A stretch of DNA of 64,000 bases from Gemmatimonadota bacterium (lineage in GTDB: Bacteria > Gemmatimonadota > Gemmatimonadetes > Palauibacterales > Palauibacteraceae). Location of the stretch: positions 199,947 to 263,946 of the forward strand of contig JBDHBD010000001.1 of the NCBI GenBank assembly GCA_039587755.1. The letters are read 5' to 3'. The translations under genes and the position numbers were made by a program. Positions 45,076-54,627 of this stretch are shown one piece after another. Each line of letters begins with the position of its first letter. Within the stretch, counting starts at the first letter, position 1. The notes below the pieces were generated by a model, which was not told the DNA's origin, ran no database searches, and saw only the letters and a program-made list of their open reading frames with translations.

Positions 45076-47751
45076 TTGAGTCGAGAACTATCCAGTCGAT
45101 ACGACCCTTCGGACAGCGAGAAGGAGCTGTACCGTGAGTGGGAGGGGCAGGGGTTCTTCCGGGCCGATGAGAAGCTGGCGCAGGACCCGTACGTCATCGT
45201 CATCCCACCGCCCAACGTGACGAACGTGCTCCACATGGGGCACGGTCTCAACAACACGATCCAGGATGTTCTGGTGCGCTGGCGCCGGATGCAGGGCCGT
45301 GACACGCTGTGGCTGCCGGGCACCGATCACGCGGGGATCGCCACCCAGAACGTCGTAGAGCGGGAGCTCGCGGCAGAGGGGTCGACCCGTTTGGATCTGG
45401 GCCGCGACGCGTTCGTGGAGCGCGTGTGGGAGTGGGTGCGCGAGTATGGAGGTCAGATCATCGAGCAACTCAAGGTGATCGGCTGCTCGTGCGACTGGAG
45501 CCGCACCCGCTTCACGCTGGACGAAGGCCTCTCACGTGCGGTGCGCGAGGTCTTTGTGCGGCTGTACGAAAAGGGGCTGCTGTACCGGGGTCGCTACATC
45601 ATCAACTGGTGTCCCCGCTGCACCACGGCACTCTCGAACGAGGAGAGCGAGCACCGAGAGCACGACGGGAAGCTGTATCGCATTCGCTACCCGCTGGCGG
45701 ACAACACGGAGCGGTTCGTCGAGGTGGCTACCACGCGTCCGGAGACGATGCTTGGCGATACGGCCCTGGCCGTGCACCCGGAGGACGAGCGGTACGCTGA
45801 TCTGGTGGATCGGGAGGCGATTCTGCCGCTGGTGGACCGACGTCTCCCGATCGTGGCCGACGAATTCGTCGATCCCGAGTTCGGCTCGGGCATCGTGAAG
45901 GTGACACCGGCTCACGACCCCAACGACTTCGAGATCGCCGGGCGTCACGATTTGGAAGCGATCGACATCCTGACGGACCACGCCAGAATCAGCGATGAAG
46001 CTCCTGAGGCGTACCGCGGCCAGGATCGCTTCGAGGCGCGTGAGGCCGTGCTGGCCGACCTGGATCGCGCTGGACTTCTTGTGCAGATCGAGGAGCATCG
46101 GCACTCGATCGGCCACTGCTATCGGTGCGGTACGATGGTCGAGCCACGGCTCAGCCTGCAGTGGTTCGTGCGCATGGAGCCGCTGGCCCGACCCGGCCTG
46201 GAAGCGTATCGGGATGGCAAGCTCCGCTTCTATCCGCAGCGATACGGCCGGATCTACGAGCACTGGATGGAGAACATCCGGGACTGGTGCATCAGCCGTC
46301 AGCTGTGGTGGGGTCACCGGATTCCCGTCTGGTACTGTCAGAGAGAGACGTGCGGGGAGATGGTGGTGTCGCGTGAGGATCCGGATCGCTGTCCCGAATG
46401 CAGTGGCTCACTCGAGCAGGACCCGGACGTGCTCGACACGTGGTTCAGCTCGTGGCTGTGGCCGTTCAGCACTCTTGGCTGGCCAGAGGACACGGCGGAT
46501 CTGACGGTGTTCTATCCCACCAGCACGCTTTGCACGGCGTCCGAGATCCTGTTCTTCTGGGTCGCCCGGATGGTGATGGCCGGGTACGAGTTCATGGGCG
46601 AGCTGCCGTTTGCCGACGTCCTGATTCACGGAACGGTCCGCGACCACATCGGTCGACGGATGTCCAAGTCGCTGGGCAACGGGATCGACCCGATCGAGGT
46701 CGTGCAGCTCTTCGGAGCGGACGCGATGCGTTTCACGCTGATCCGTGGGGCAGCGCTGGGAACCGATCTACAGCTCAACTACGAGGACCTTGAATCCGCC
46801 TTCCGGCCGGGCCGAAACTTCGCGAACAAGATCTGGAACGCGGTCCGCTTTGCGCTTCCATACCTGCAGGATGCGGACGCCGTGGACCCGGCCGAGCGAG
46901 ACCTGGAGTTGGCGGACCGCTGGATCCTCAGCCGGTTCGGCGCGACCGGCGAAGAGGTCACGGAGGCTCTGGAAACGTATCGACTGCACGAGGGAGCGGA
47001 GCTGACCCACGCGTTCGTGTGGGGAGATTTCTGCGACTGGTATCTCGAGCTGGTGAAGGGCCGACTGGAGGGCGAGCGGGGATCGGACAGCCGCGACGCG
47101 GCAGCCGCGACCCTCGTATATGTGACACGCAGCTGGCTGCGTCTTTTGCATCCCGTGATGCCGTTCATCACCGAGGAGTTGGCTCGGAGGCTGCCCGGCG
47201 AGGCGTCGGAGTCGAGTCTGGTGCTCGGACCGTGGCCGGAGCCCGACCGGAAATGGCGTGACGCCGGGGCGGAGCATGCCATGGAGGCCCTGCAGGAGTT
47301 CGTGGCCACGGTGCGCAACCTTCGATCCGAGTACCACGTGGATCCCCGTACGGGTGTCACCGTTCACCTGCAACGAGACGCCGGCGATCTGGAACACGCG
47401 CTCGCGGTCGAGGAGAAGGGCATGTACCGCCTGGCGGGGATCACGAATCTCGACCGCTCGGCGCCTCCAGCGGACGGTCCCGGCGCGAGCGCCGTGCTGC
47501 GCGCGGGAGCCGAAGTGTTCGTTCCGCTGTCCGGCGTGATCGACGTCGACCGCGAGCGAACGCGTCTGCAGACGGAGGTCGGCCGATTGGAGGATCTTCT
47601 AGCCAAGACTTCGGCTCGCCTGGGTGACGAGGCGTTCCTCGCCAAAGCCCCGGAGGACGTCGTGGAACGCGAACGACAAAAGGAGCGATCGCTGGCCGAA
47701 CAGAGGGACCGGTTGGTCGAGAAGAGGCGTGCCCTCGGACCCACTGGCTGA
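45076..47751 (+). CDS. valS: Valine--tRNA ligase
   Basis: HMGH (VLHMGHGLN) and KMSKS (RMSKSLGN) motifs, a C-terminal coiled coil; 891 aa. TTG start. Confidence 0.95.
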   Translation: MSRELSSRYDPSDSEKELYREWEGQGFFRADEKLAQDPYVIVIPPPNVTNVLHMGHGLNNTIQDVLVRWRRMQGRDTLWLPGTDHAGIATQNVVERELAAEGSTRLDLGRDAFVERVWEWVREYGGQIIEQLKVIGCSCDWSRTRFTLDEGLSRAVREVFVRLYEKGLLYRGRYIINWCPRCTTALSNEESEHREHDGKLYRIRYPLADNTERFVEVATTRPETMLGDTALAVHPEDERYADLVDREAILPLVDRRLPIVADEFVDPEFGSGIVKVTPAHDPNDFEIAGRHDLEAIDILTDHARISDEAPEAYRGQDRFEAREAVLADLDRAGLLVQIEEHRHSIGHCYRCGTMVEPRLSLQWFVRMEPLARPGLEAYRDGKLRFYPQRYGRIYEHWMENIRDWCISRQLWWGHRIPVWYCQRETCGEMVVSREDPDRCPECSGSLEQDPDVLDTWFSSWLWPFSTLGWPEDTADLTVFYPTSTLCTASEILFFWVARMVMAGYEFMGELPFADVLIHGTVRDHIGRRMSKSLGNGIDPIEVVQLFGADAMRFTLIRGAALGTDLQLNYEDLESAFRPGRNFANKIWNAVRFALPYLQDADAVDPAERDLELADRWILSRFGATGEEVTEALETYRLHEGAELTHAFVWGDFCDWYLELVKGRLEGERGSDSRDAAAATLVYVTRSWLRLLHPVMPFITEELARRLPGEASESSLVLGPWPEPDRKWRDAGAEHAMEALQEFVATVRNLRSEYHVDPRTGVTVHLQRDAGDLEHALAVEEKGMYRLAGITNLDRSAPPADGPGASAVLRAGAEVFVPLSGVIDVDRERTRLQTEVGRLEDLLAKTSARLGDEAFLAKAPEDVVERERQKERSLAEQRDRLVEKRRALGPTG

Positions 47752-49102
47752 GCGGCGCGGGGCACGGTCGACAGCTTGCCCGCCCCGGGTCGCTGTAGAT
47801 ACCCGTGCCCTGCTTGGCCTGCTGCTGTTCGCCGGTCTGGTCAGCCTGGCCGGGACGTCCTGCGCCAACGAGCTTCCTCCGCCCGGTGCCCACCCGGACG
47901 TCCAGCCGCCCAGCGTCGTCGAGATCACACCGAAGCCGGACAGCATTCAGCCCGATTTCCGAGGCGACATCCGGATCCGCTTCGACGAACCGATCACCGT
48001 CGGCCGCAACATCGCAACCGAGCTTATCGCGTCACCGGCCGGGCGGTACGAGGTCCAGGCCGGCTTCTCCGATCTTCGCGTACGTCCGCGGGACGGCTGG
48101 CGTGTGGCTGTCTACTGCATCGAGCTTCCCGCGGGTATACAGGATCTGCTGCGGAACCGAACGGAATCGGCGATCGACTTCTGCTTCTCGACCGGGCCGG
48201 AGATTTCCGCGACGATGGTGACGGGCGAGGTCTACGACGCCGTGTCGGGTGAATCCGTCCGGGATGGTAGGGTGCTGTTCCTCGCTCTTCCGGAAGATTC
48301 GACTCCCTACACAGCGGCCACCGATCAGGAGGGCAGCTTCGGTCTCCAGGCTCTCCCTCCTGCCACGTACTGGGCCTTCGGCTTCGTGGACCAGAACCGG
48401 AACTTCGAGCTCGACAGAACGCTCGAGCCGCATGACAGCACGGAGTTCACGCTCAGCGGGGAGACGAGCAGCGCGACGCTGCGGCTTACGCTTCTACCCG
48501 CTGATACTACGCCGCCCCTCCTGGCCACGGCCGAGGCGGTGGACAGCCTCCTCCTCCAGTTGCGGTTCGACGACTACCTGCCACGGAGCCCGGGTGCGGA
48601 AGGACGAGTGACGGTCAGAGAGGTCGACAGCAACCGACAGGTGCCCGTCCGTTTCGTCCTGATCGGAGAGCTCTCCGATCTCCCTGATTCGCTTCGACCC
48701 GAACCGCCCGATTCTGCCGAGACCGTGCCAGGAGATGAGGAGATCCCACCCGCCGATTCCGTCGAGACGCTGCCAGGAGAGGCGGAGCTCGGACCCGTCG
48801 AGGCCGAGCCAGAGCCGGAGGAAGAGAGGCGAGAAGAGCGGGAGCCGCTGGCGGTTCCCGGCGAAGCGGTTCGTCAGGAACGCGAGGGAAGACGCACCGC
48901 GGTACCGCAGGAGGGGCCACCGCTGCCCACGCAGTCCGTGATCGTTCTGCTCAAGGAAGCGCTGCGTCCGGCCACTTATAGGGTGTTCGCCGAAGGGTTC
49001 CTGAACCTCCGACAGCTGAGCGGCGGAGGCGACACGGTCTTCGTGTACGAAGCGGAGGAAGACACGACGCAGGAACCGGAGCGAGGGGGCCGCCGCCGGT
49101 GA
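47729..49102 (+). CDS. Hypothetical lipoprotein with Ig-like / carboxypeptidase-regulatory-like beta domains and acidic Pro/Glu-rich region
   Basis: Signal peptide with LAGTSC. The pattern GEVYDAVSGESVRDGRVLF resembles a CarboxypepD_reg-like domain. No in-frame ATG/GTG/TTG exists after the valS stop, so the start must overlap valS (GTG 47729, or 47624). Confidence 0.45.
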   Translation: MPSDPLAERRGARSTACPPRVAVDTRALLGLLLFAGLVSLAGTSCANELPPPGAHPDVQPPSVVEITPKPDSIQPDFRGDIRIRFDEPITVGRNIATELIASPAGRYEVQAGFSDLRVRPRDGWRVAVYCIELPAGIQDLLRNRTESAIDFCFSTGPEISATMVTGEVYDAVSGESVRDGRVLFLALPEDSTPYTAATDQEGSFGLQALPPATYWAFGFVDQNRNFELDRTLEPHDSTEFTLSGETSSATLRLTLLPADTTPPLLATAEAVDSLLLQLRFDDYLPRSPGAEGRVTVREVDSNRQVPVRFVLIGELSDLPDSLRPEPPDSAETVPGDEEIPPADSVETLPGEAELGPVEAEPEPEEERREEREPLAVPGEAVRQEREGRRTAVPQEGPPLPTQSVIVLLKEALRPATYRVFAEGFLNLRQLSGGGDTVFVYEAEEDTTQEPERGGRRR

Positions 49103-50475
49103 GCGAGGACCGCCGTCGCACCCTTCCGTCCATGGATCGGCTTCTCGACCGACCCGAGACGCTCGAGTGGCAACTGGCCTGGGGAAGAGAGCCGGTGAAG
49201 ACATCCCTCCGGGCTGCGCTGGCCGAGGCTCGACGAAGTCTCTCGGACGTGGAAGCCTCGCCTCCGGATGTGGAGTCGCTGCTCCTGGAGGCGCGGAAAC
49301 ACCTGGAACGCCTGGGTAGGCCATCGCTGCGCCGCGTTCTGAACGGGACCGGTGTCGTCCTCCACACGAACCTCGGCCGTGCGCCACTGGCCACGGAAGC
49401 CCGGCAAGCGCTCGATCTGGTAGCCGGCTACTCGAATCTGGAGTACGACCTCGACACGGGCGGACGAGGCTCGCGGTACGACCACTGTACCGCGCTGCTG
49501 TGCGAGCTCACGCAAGCAGAGGCGGCGGTGGTGGTGAACAACAACGCGGCCGCGGTCGCCCTCGCCGTCAACGAGCTGGCGCTCGGTCGCGAGGTGGTCG
49601 TCTCACGCGGAGAGCTGGTCGAGATCGGCGGGTCATTCCGCATTCCCGACGTGGTGGAGCGAAGTGGCGCCCGGCTGGTCGAGGTCGGCACGACGAATCG
49701 GACGCGACGCGAGGATTACGAGACGGCGCTCGGACCCGAGACCGGAGCGATCCTGAAAGTCCATCCGTCGAACTACCGGATCGAGGGGTTCGCTTCGGCG
49801 GTCACGATCCACGATCTGGTGGATCTCGGTCGTGCGAACGGGATCCCGGTTGTTCACGATCTCGGTTCCGGATTGCTCGAACCCGGTCTTCTGCCGGGGT
49901 TCCCCGAGGAGCCGGGTGTGGGAGCCTCGGTCGCGGCAGGGGTGGACCTGGTCACCTGGAGCGGCGACAAGCTGCTCGGGGGGCCGCAGGCCGGTGTGCT
50001 CATGGGAGCGCGCTCGATGGTGGAGCGGCTGCGCCGCAACCCTCTGTTGAGGGCGTTTCGAGTTGACAAAATGACGCTGATCAGCCTCGAGGCCACGCTC
50101 ACTCTCTACCGCGATCCGGATCTGGCCGCGACCCGGGTGCCCGCGCTCCGGATGCTGCGAGAGCCGCAAGCAAGTGTCGAGCGCAGGGCGAGAGCGGCAC
50201 TGGGGGAGCTCGACGAGGGAACGGCCACGATCGCGGTCGGATCGATGTCGTCTCTGGTGGGAGGTGGTGCCTACCCGGGCCACGAGATCGCCTCGGCGGG
50301 CTGGATCGTGCGGGGTCCGAGCCCGGAGGCGGTGGAGATCGGCTGCCGGGCCGGCTCACCCCCCTTGTTGGGTCGCGTCGCCGAAGACGCTTTCCTGATC
50401 GACTTCCGCACGCTGCTCCCTGAGGACGAGGGGGACGCGGCCCGCGTGCTGAGCAGGGTGTTGGGCGGGTTATGA
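49099..50475 (+). CDS. selA: L-seryl-tRNA(Sec) selenium transferase
   Basis: 458 aa aligning to the SelA PLP-dependent family (VLNGTGVVLHTNLGRAPL..., KVHPSNYRIEGF, SGDKLLGGPQAG with the PLP lysine). Confidence 0.85.
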   Translation: MSEDRRRTLPSMDRLLDRPETLEWQLAWGREPVKTSLRAALAEARRSLSDVEASPPDVESLLLEARKHLERLGRPSLRRVLNGTGVVLHTNLGRAPLATEARQALDLVAGYSNLEYDLDTGGRGSRYDHCTALLCELTQAEAAVVVNNNAAAVALAVNELALGREVVVSRGELVEIGGSFRIPDVVERSGARLVEVGTTNRTRREDYETALGPETGAILKVHPSNYRIEGFASAVTIHDLVDLGRANGIPVVHDLGSGLLEPGLLPGFPEEPGVGASVAAGVDLVTWSGDKLLGGPQAGVLMGARSMVERLRRNPLLRAFRVDKMTLISLEATLTLYRDPDLAATRVPALRMLREPQASVERRARAALGELDEGTATIAVGSMSSLVGGGAYPGHEIASAGWIVRGPSPEAVEIGCRAGSPPLLGRVAEDAFLIDFRTLLPEDEGDAARVLSRVLGGL

Positions 50476-51032
50476 GCGGAGGTGCCGTACCCCCGGTCGT
50501 GTTCCTTGATCGGGATGGCACGATTATCGAGGACCGTCATTACGTCGGCCGTCCGTCCGATGTACGATTGATCCCGGGCGCAGCGCGCGCGATCGGTCGC
50601 TTGAACCGCCGCGACGTGCCCGTCGTCGTCGTTACCAACCAATCGGGCATCGGAAAGGGCTTGTTCAGTGATGATGATTACCTCACCGTGCAGGAGGAGG
50701 TGGACCGGCAGCTCGCCGACGGGGGCGGGCGACTGAATGCGGTCTACCACTGCCCGCACGACCCGACGCGAACGACGTGCCGGTGCCGCAAGCCAGGCCT
50801 CGCACTGTACGAGCGTGCGACTCGAGAGTTGGGTCTGGCTGACCTGGGTGGCGCCGTGTTCGTCGGCGACTCCGTGACGGATGTTCTTCCTGGCGTGCAG
50901 GCAGGTGGCCGAGCGTTTCTCGTTCGGACGGGCCCTTCGTTCCCGGAGACCGTCCCGGCCGGCGTGGAGGAGGTAAGAGATCTGACCGAGGCGGTGAGCC
51001 GAATGCTCGACGGACCCCTGGCACCCGAGTGA
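50472..51032 (+). CDS. HAD-IIIA phosphatase, GmhB-like (D,D-heptose 1,7-bisphosphate phosphatase family)
   Basis: Motifs VFLDRDGTI, VVVVTNQSGIG, CRKP and FVGDSVTD. Confidence 0.72.
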   Translation: MSGGAVPPVVFLDRDGTIIEDRHYVGRPSDVRLIPGAARAIGRLNRRDVPVVVVTNQSGIGKGLFSDDDYLTVQEEVDRQLADGGGRLNAVYHCPHDPTRTTCRCRKPGLALYERATRELGLADLGGAVFVGDSVTDVLPGVQAGGRAFLVRTGPSFPETVPAGVEEVRDLTEAVSRMLDGPLAPE

Positions 51033-51055
51033 GGCGTCGCCGCGGAGCGGGACAA

Positions 51056-51754
51056 GTGAGCGATTCCTATGGCGTGGCAGTTCTGGCGTCCGGATCGGGT
51101 TCGAACTTCCAGTCGCTGCTCGATCGCTTTCACGGTCGCGACGAGCTCGTAAGGTTCGCTCTGCTCCTGGCCAGCCGGCCCGGCATCGTCGCGCTGGAAC
51201 GTGCGGAGCGCGCGGGGGTCCCCACGGCGGTGATTCCAGAGGAGCTGCGCGTACCCGTTCGGGAAGCCGATGAGGACGCCGAGGGCCGCTTTCTCCTCGA
51301 CACGCTGTCGGAGGCGGCAACCGACCTGGTCGTGCTCGCGGGCTATCTCCGTCTCGTGCCGGCTTCCGTCGTGCGCCACTACTGGGGTCGCATCATCAAC
51401 ATCCATCCGGCGCTGCTGCCATCGTTCGGCGGCGAAGGACTCTATGGCAAACACGTGCACCGCGCCGTACTGGAGAGCCGGGCACGGGTGAGCGGAGTGA
51501 CGGTTCATTTCGTGGATGAGGAATACGATCGAGGGCCGATCATTGCCCAGTGGCCTGTGCCAGTCATGGAGACGGACGACCCGGACGCGTTGGCAGCGCG
51601 GGTGCTGGACGTCGAGCACCGCCTGTTACCTGCGGTGGTCGGGGCGTTGAGCCGGGGACACGTCGAGCTGACCAGGGACAGAAATGTACGGTGGCTGCGA
51701 CCGTGGTTCTCCGGCTCACACTTCACGATCGACGGACTCGGGCCGGGAGCCTGA
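51056..51754 (+). CDS. purN: Phosphoribosylglycinamide formyltransferase
   Basis: Motifs VAVLASGSGSN, LVVLAGYLRLV and IINIHPALLPSFGG. The start could be 51029. ~35-aa C-terminal extension. Confidence 0.85.
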   Translation: MSDSYGVAVLASGSGSNFQSLLDRFHGRDELVRFALLLASRPGIVALERAERAGVPTAVIPEELRVPVREADEDAEGRFLLDTLSEAATDLVVLAGYLRLVPASVVRHYWGRIINIHPALLPSFGGEGLYGKHVHRAVLESRARVSGVTVHFVDEEYDRGPIIAQWPVPVMETDDPDALAARVLDVEHRLLPAVVGALSRGHVELTRDRNVRWLRPWFSGSHFTIDGLGPGA

Positions 51755-51778
51755 CAGGCGATTAAGGAACGGGAACTT

Positions 51779-53374
51779 ATGCCGAGAGCGCTAATCAGCG
51801 TATCCGACAAGACCGGGGTCGTCGAGTTCGGCGCCGCGTTGGCGGATTTGGGTTGGGAGATCCTATCCACAGGGGGGACAGCCGCCGCATTGCGGGACGG
51901 AAATGTGCCCGTGACCGGCGTTGGCCAGGTCACGGACTTTCCGGAGATGCTCGGCGGAAGGGTAAAGACGCTGCATCCGCTTGTGCATGCGGGCATCCTG
52001 GCTCGACGGGGAGTGGCCTCCGACATGGAGCAGCTTCGTGAGGGCGGGATCGTCGCGGTGGACCTCGTGGTGGTCAACCTTTATCCGTTCCGCAAGACGA
52101 TCACGCGCGAATCGGTAACGCTCGCGGATGCGCTCGAGCAGATCGACATAGGCGGACCCACCATGCTCAGGGCTGCGGCCAAGAACCACGAGTCGGTGTG
52201 GCCCGTTTGCAACCCGTCGGATTACGACCGTGTCCTGGCGGCGATCAGCGCGGGCCAGGACGACGCGGAGCTGCGTCGAAGCTTGGCCACGAAAGTGTTC
52301 CGGCACACGGCCACTTACGATGCCGCGATCGCGGGGTATCTGGGTGCCCGTGACCGGGAGGCCGAGCGCGATCTGCTGCCCCCCGAGCTCACGACCTCTC
52401 TGGCCCGGGTCCAGAGTCTTCGATATGGAGAGAATCCGGATCAAGAGGCGGCATTCTACCGAGATGCCTCCCGATCGCCACACGGGATTCCGGCTCTGGA
52501 ACAGCTGCACGGCAAGGAACTCTCGTACAACAACCTCCTGGATGTCGACGGAGCCCTGGGCGCGGTCTCTTCGTTCTGGGACGCGGACCGACCGGCCTGC
52601 GTGATCGTGAAGCACACGACGCCATGCGGGATCGCCGTCGGCCGCTCGTCGCTCGAGGCCTATCAGAAGGCGCTCGCCTGTGATCCCGTGTCGGCCTTCG
52701 GTTCGGTGATCGCCTTCACCGAGCCGATTACGGAAGCCGTCGCGGAAGTGCTGGTCGAGCTCTTCGTCGAATGCGTCGTGGCCCCGGGCTATGCAGACGC
52801 GGCGCTCCTGCTCCTTCAGGCCAAGAAAAACCTGCGAATCCTGCGGCCGGTCGAGCCCGAGGATCTCAAGGCCGGTCGAGGCCACCTGTGGCCCGGGCTC
52901 GAGGCGCGTGGCGTCCGCGGTGGGTTGCTGGTGCAGTCCACGCCGGAGCCTGTGCTTCCGGCGGCCCTGGGCGACGCGCCCTCTACCTCAGTGGCGACGA
53001 GTCGAGCGCCTTCGGAGGGCGAGTGGGCCGACGTCGCGTTTGCCTGGACGGCCGTGCAGTCCGTGAAGTCCAACGCGATTCTGCTCGCCAGGCAGGGGGC
53101 GTCGATCGGGATCGGTGCGGGCCAAATGAGCCGCGTGGACGCCGTCAAGCTGGCCGTCGAGAAGGCACGCGTGTCCGGCCACGAGCTCGAGGGTGCCGTG
53201 CTGGCCTCTGACGCCTTCTTTCCCTTCCGTGATGGGGTCGATGCTGCGGCGGATGCCGGGGTGACGGCCATCGTTCAGCCCGGTGGATCCGTGCGGGACG
53301 AGGAAGCCGTGGCGGCGGCAGATGAGCGCGGGCTCGCCATGGTTCTCACCGGACGACGCCTCTTTCGACACTAG
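51779..53374 (+). CDS. purH: Bifunctional AICAR transformylase / IMP cyclohydrolase
   Basis: MGS-like N-terminus RALISVSDKTG and AICARFT domain; 531 aa. Confidence 0.95.
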   Translation: MPRALISVSDKTGVVEFGAALADLGWEILSTGGTAAALRDGNVPVTGVGQVTDFPEMLGGRVKTLHPLVHAGILARRGVASDMEQLREGGIVAVDLVVVNLYPFRKTITRESVTLADALEQIDIGGPTMLRAAAKNHESVWPVCNPSDYDRVLAAISAGQDDAELRRSLATKVFRHTATYDAAIAGYLGARDREAERDLLPPELTTSLARVQSLRYGENPDQEAAFYRDASRSPHGIPALEQLHGKELSYNNLLDVDGALGAVSSFWDADRPACVIVKHTTPCGIAVGRSSLEAYQKALACDPVSAFGSVIAFTEPITEAVAEVLVELFVECVVAPGYADAALLLLQAKKNLRILRPVEPEDLKAGRGHLWPGLEARGVRGGLLVQSTPEPVLPAALGDAPSTSVATSRAPSEGEWADVAFAWTAVQSVKSNAILLARQGASIGIGAGQMSRVDAVKLAVEKARVSGHELEGAVLASDAFFPFRDGVDAAADAGVTAIVQPGGSVRDEEAVAAADERGLAMVLTGRRLFRH

Positions 53375-53452
53375 CGTATCCGCGGCTGCGATCTTCTTCA
53401 CCGGCACGGGGTAGGCAGCCGGCGTCGACGTCAACCGAATGGCGGAGTTGTG

Positions 53453-54445
53453 ATGGCGAACATCCGAATTCCACGTCCGTGGGAGCTCAAGGAAACGGCG
53501 GTTACGCCGGAGGCGGTGTATCTGAACCGGCGACAGTTCGTCCAGCGGACTGCAGGGGGCCTGCTGGCGGGAGCCGCGGCGGCCGCGCTGACTCCGGTCG
53601 CGTCGCTGCGCGCACAGGAAGACGGTCCACTCGCGAACATTCCTCCGTCCCCGACGGGCGATCTATACGCATCAGCCGCCCGTGACCCCCGGTTCGTACC
53701 GGGGTCGCGGCACGGCGCAGTCACCGAGGAGCGGCTCGTCGCCGCGTGGAACAACTTTTACGAGTTCGGCACGGACAAAGGCAGTGTGTGGCGCCGTGTG
53801 GGGCCGTTCGAAGCCCGGCCCTGGTCGGTCGAGGTGGGCGGTTTGGTGGAGCGCCCCGGACGGTTCGACCTGGCCGACCTCGAACGTCGGTTCTCGCTGC
53901 AGGAGCGCATTTATCGATTGCGCTGCGTCGAAGCCTGGTCGGTCGTCGTTCCGTGGATCGGCTTTCCGTTGCATGAGCTGCTCGAGCTGGTGCGGCCGCT
54001 GTCCAGCGCTCGTTACGTCCGTTTCGTGAGCTTCCTCCGTCCCGAGCAGGCCTCCGGACAGCGCACACAGACCTGGTATCCGTGGCCGTACTTCGAGGGC
54101 CTGCGAATCGACGAAGCTCGCAATGACCTCGCTTTCCTGGTGACCGGCATGTACGGCCATCCGCTCCAGAAGCAGAACGGGGCCCCAATCCGGCTGGCCG
54201 TGCCGTGGAAGTACGGGTACAAGAGCCCCAAGTCGATCGAACGGATCGAGTTAGTCCGCGAGCGTCCAGCGACTTTCTGGAACGACCTGGCACCCGATGA
54301 ATACGGCTTCCTGTCGAACGTGGATCCGGAAGTGCCGCACCCGCGCTGGTCTCAGGCGACGGAGGAGATCGTGGGGACGAGTGAGCGCGTTCCCACTCTC
54401 GTGTACAACGGGTACGGGGAGTGGGTGGGCTCGCTGTACGAGTGA
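53453..54445 (+). CDS. msrP: Protein-methionine-sulfoxide reductase catalytic subunit MsrP (YedY-like molybdopterin oxidoreductase)
   Basis: Tat signal (RRQFVQRTAGGLLAGAAAAAL). Near-colinear with E. coli MsrP (NNFYEFG, RIYRLRCVEAWSVVVPWIGFPL, NGAPIRLAVPWKYGYKSPKSI, HPRWSQATE). Confidence 0.9.
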   Translation: MANIRIPRPWELKETAVTPEAVYLNRRQFVQRTAGGLLAGAAAAALTPVASLRAQEDGPLANIPPSPTGDLYASAARDPRFVPGSRHGAVTEERLVAAWNNFYEFGTDKGSVWRRVGPFEARPWSVEVGGLVERPGRFDLADLERRFSLQERIYRLRCVEAWSVVVPWIGFPLHELLELVRPLSSARYVRFVSFLRPEQASGQRTQTWYPWPYFEGLRIDEARNDLAFLVTGMYGHPLQKQNGAPIRLAVPWKYGYKSPKSIERIELVRERPATFWNDLAPDEYGFLSNVDPEVPHPRWSQATEEIVGTSERVPTLVYNGYGEWVGSLYE

Positions 54446-54525
54446 GCCAGCCGCACGGGAATGCGTGCTCCCGACGGATCGCTTCGATGGCGTTGAGCGC
54501 ATCGACCGCCACAGGTCGACGGATG

Positions 54526-54554
54526 CTTGACGCCTCCGGGGGGCAGACCTAGAC
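54526..54554 (+). promoter_or_regulatory. Candidate sigma70-type promoter of the cta operon (TTGACG-17nt-TAGACT)
   Basis: -35-like TTGACG (54526-54531), a 17-nt spacer, then -10-like TAGACT (54549-54554), ~75 bp upstream of the ctaC start. Confidence 0.3.
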
Positions 54555-54627
54555 TGCCGCCCGTCATGCGCGATGGGGTGATGAGGTTGGGCTGACTCAT
54601 GATGCGGATCTTTCTCCGACAGATCGT

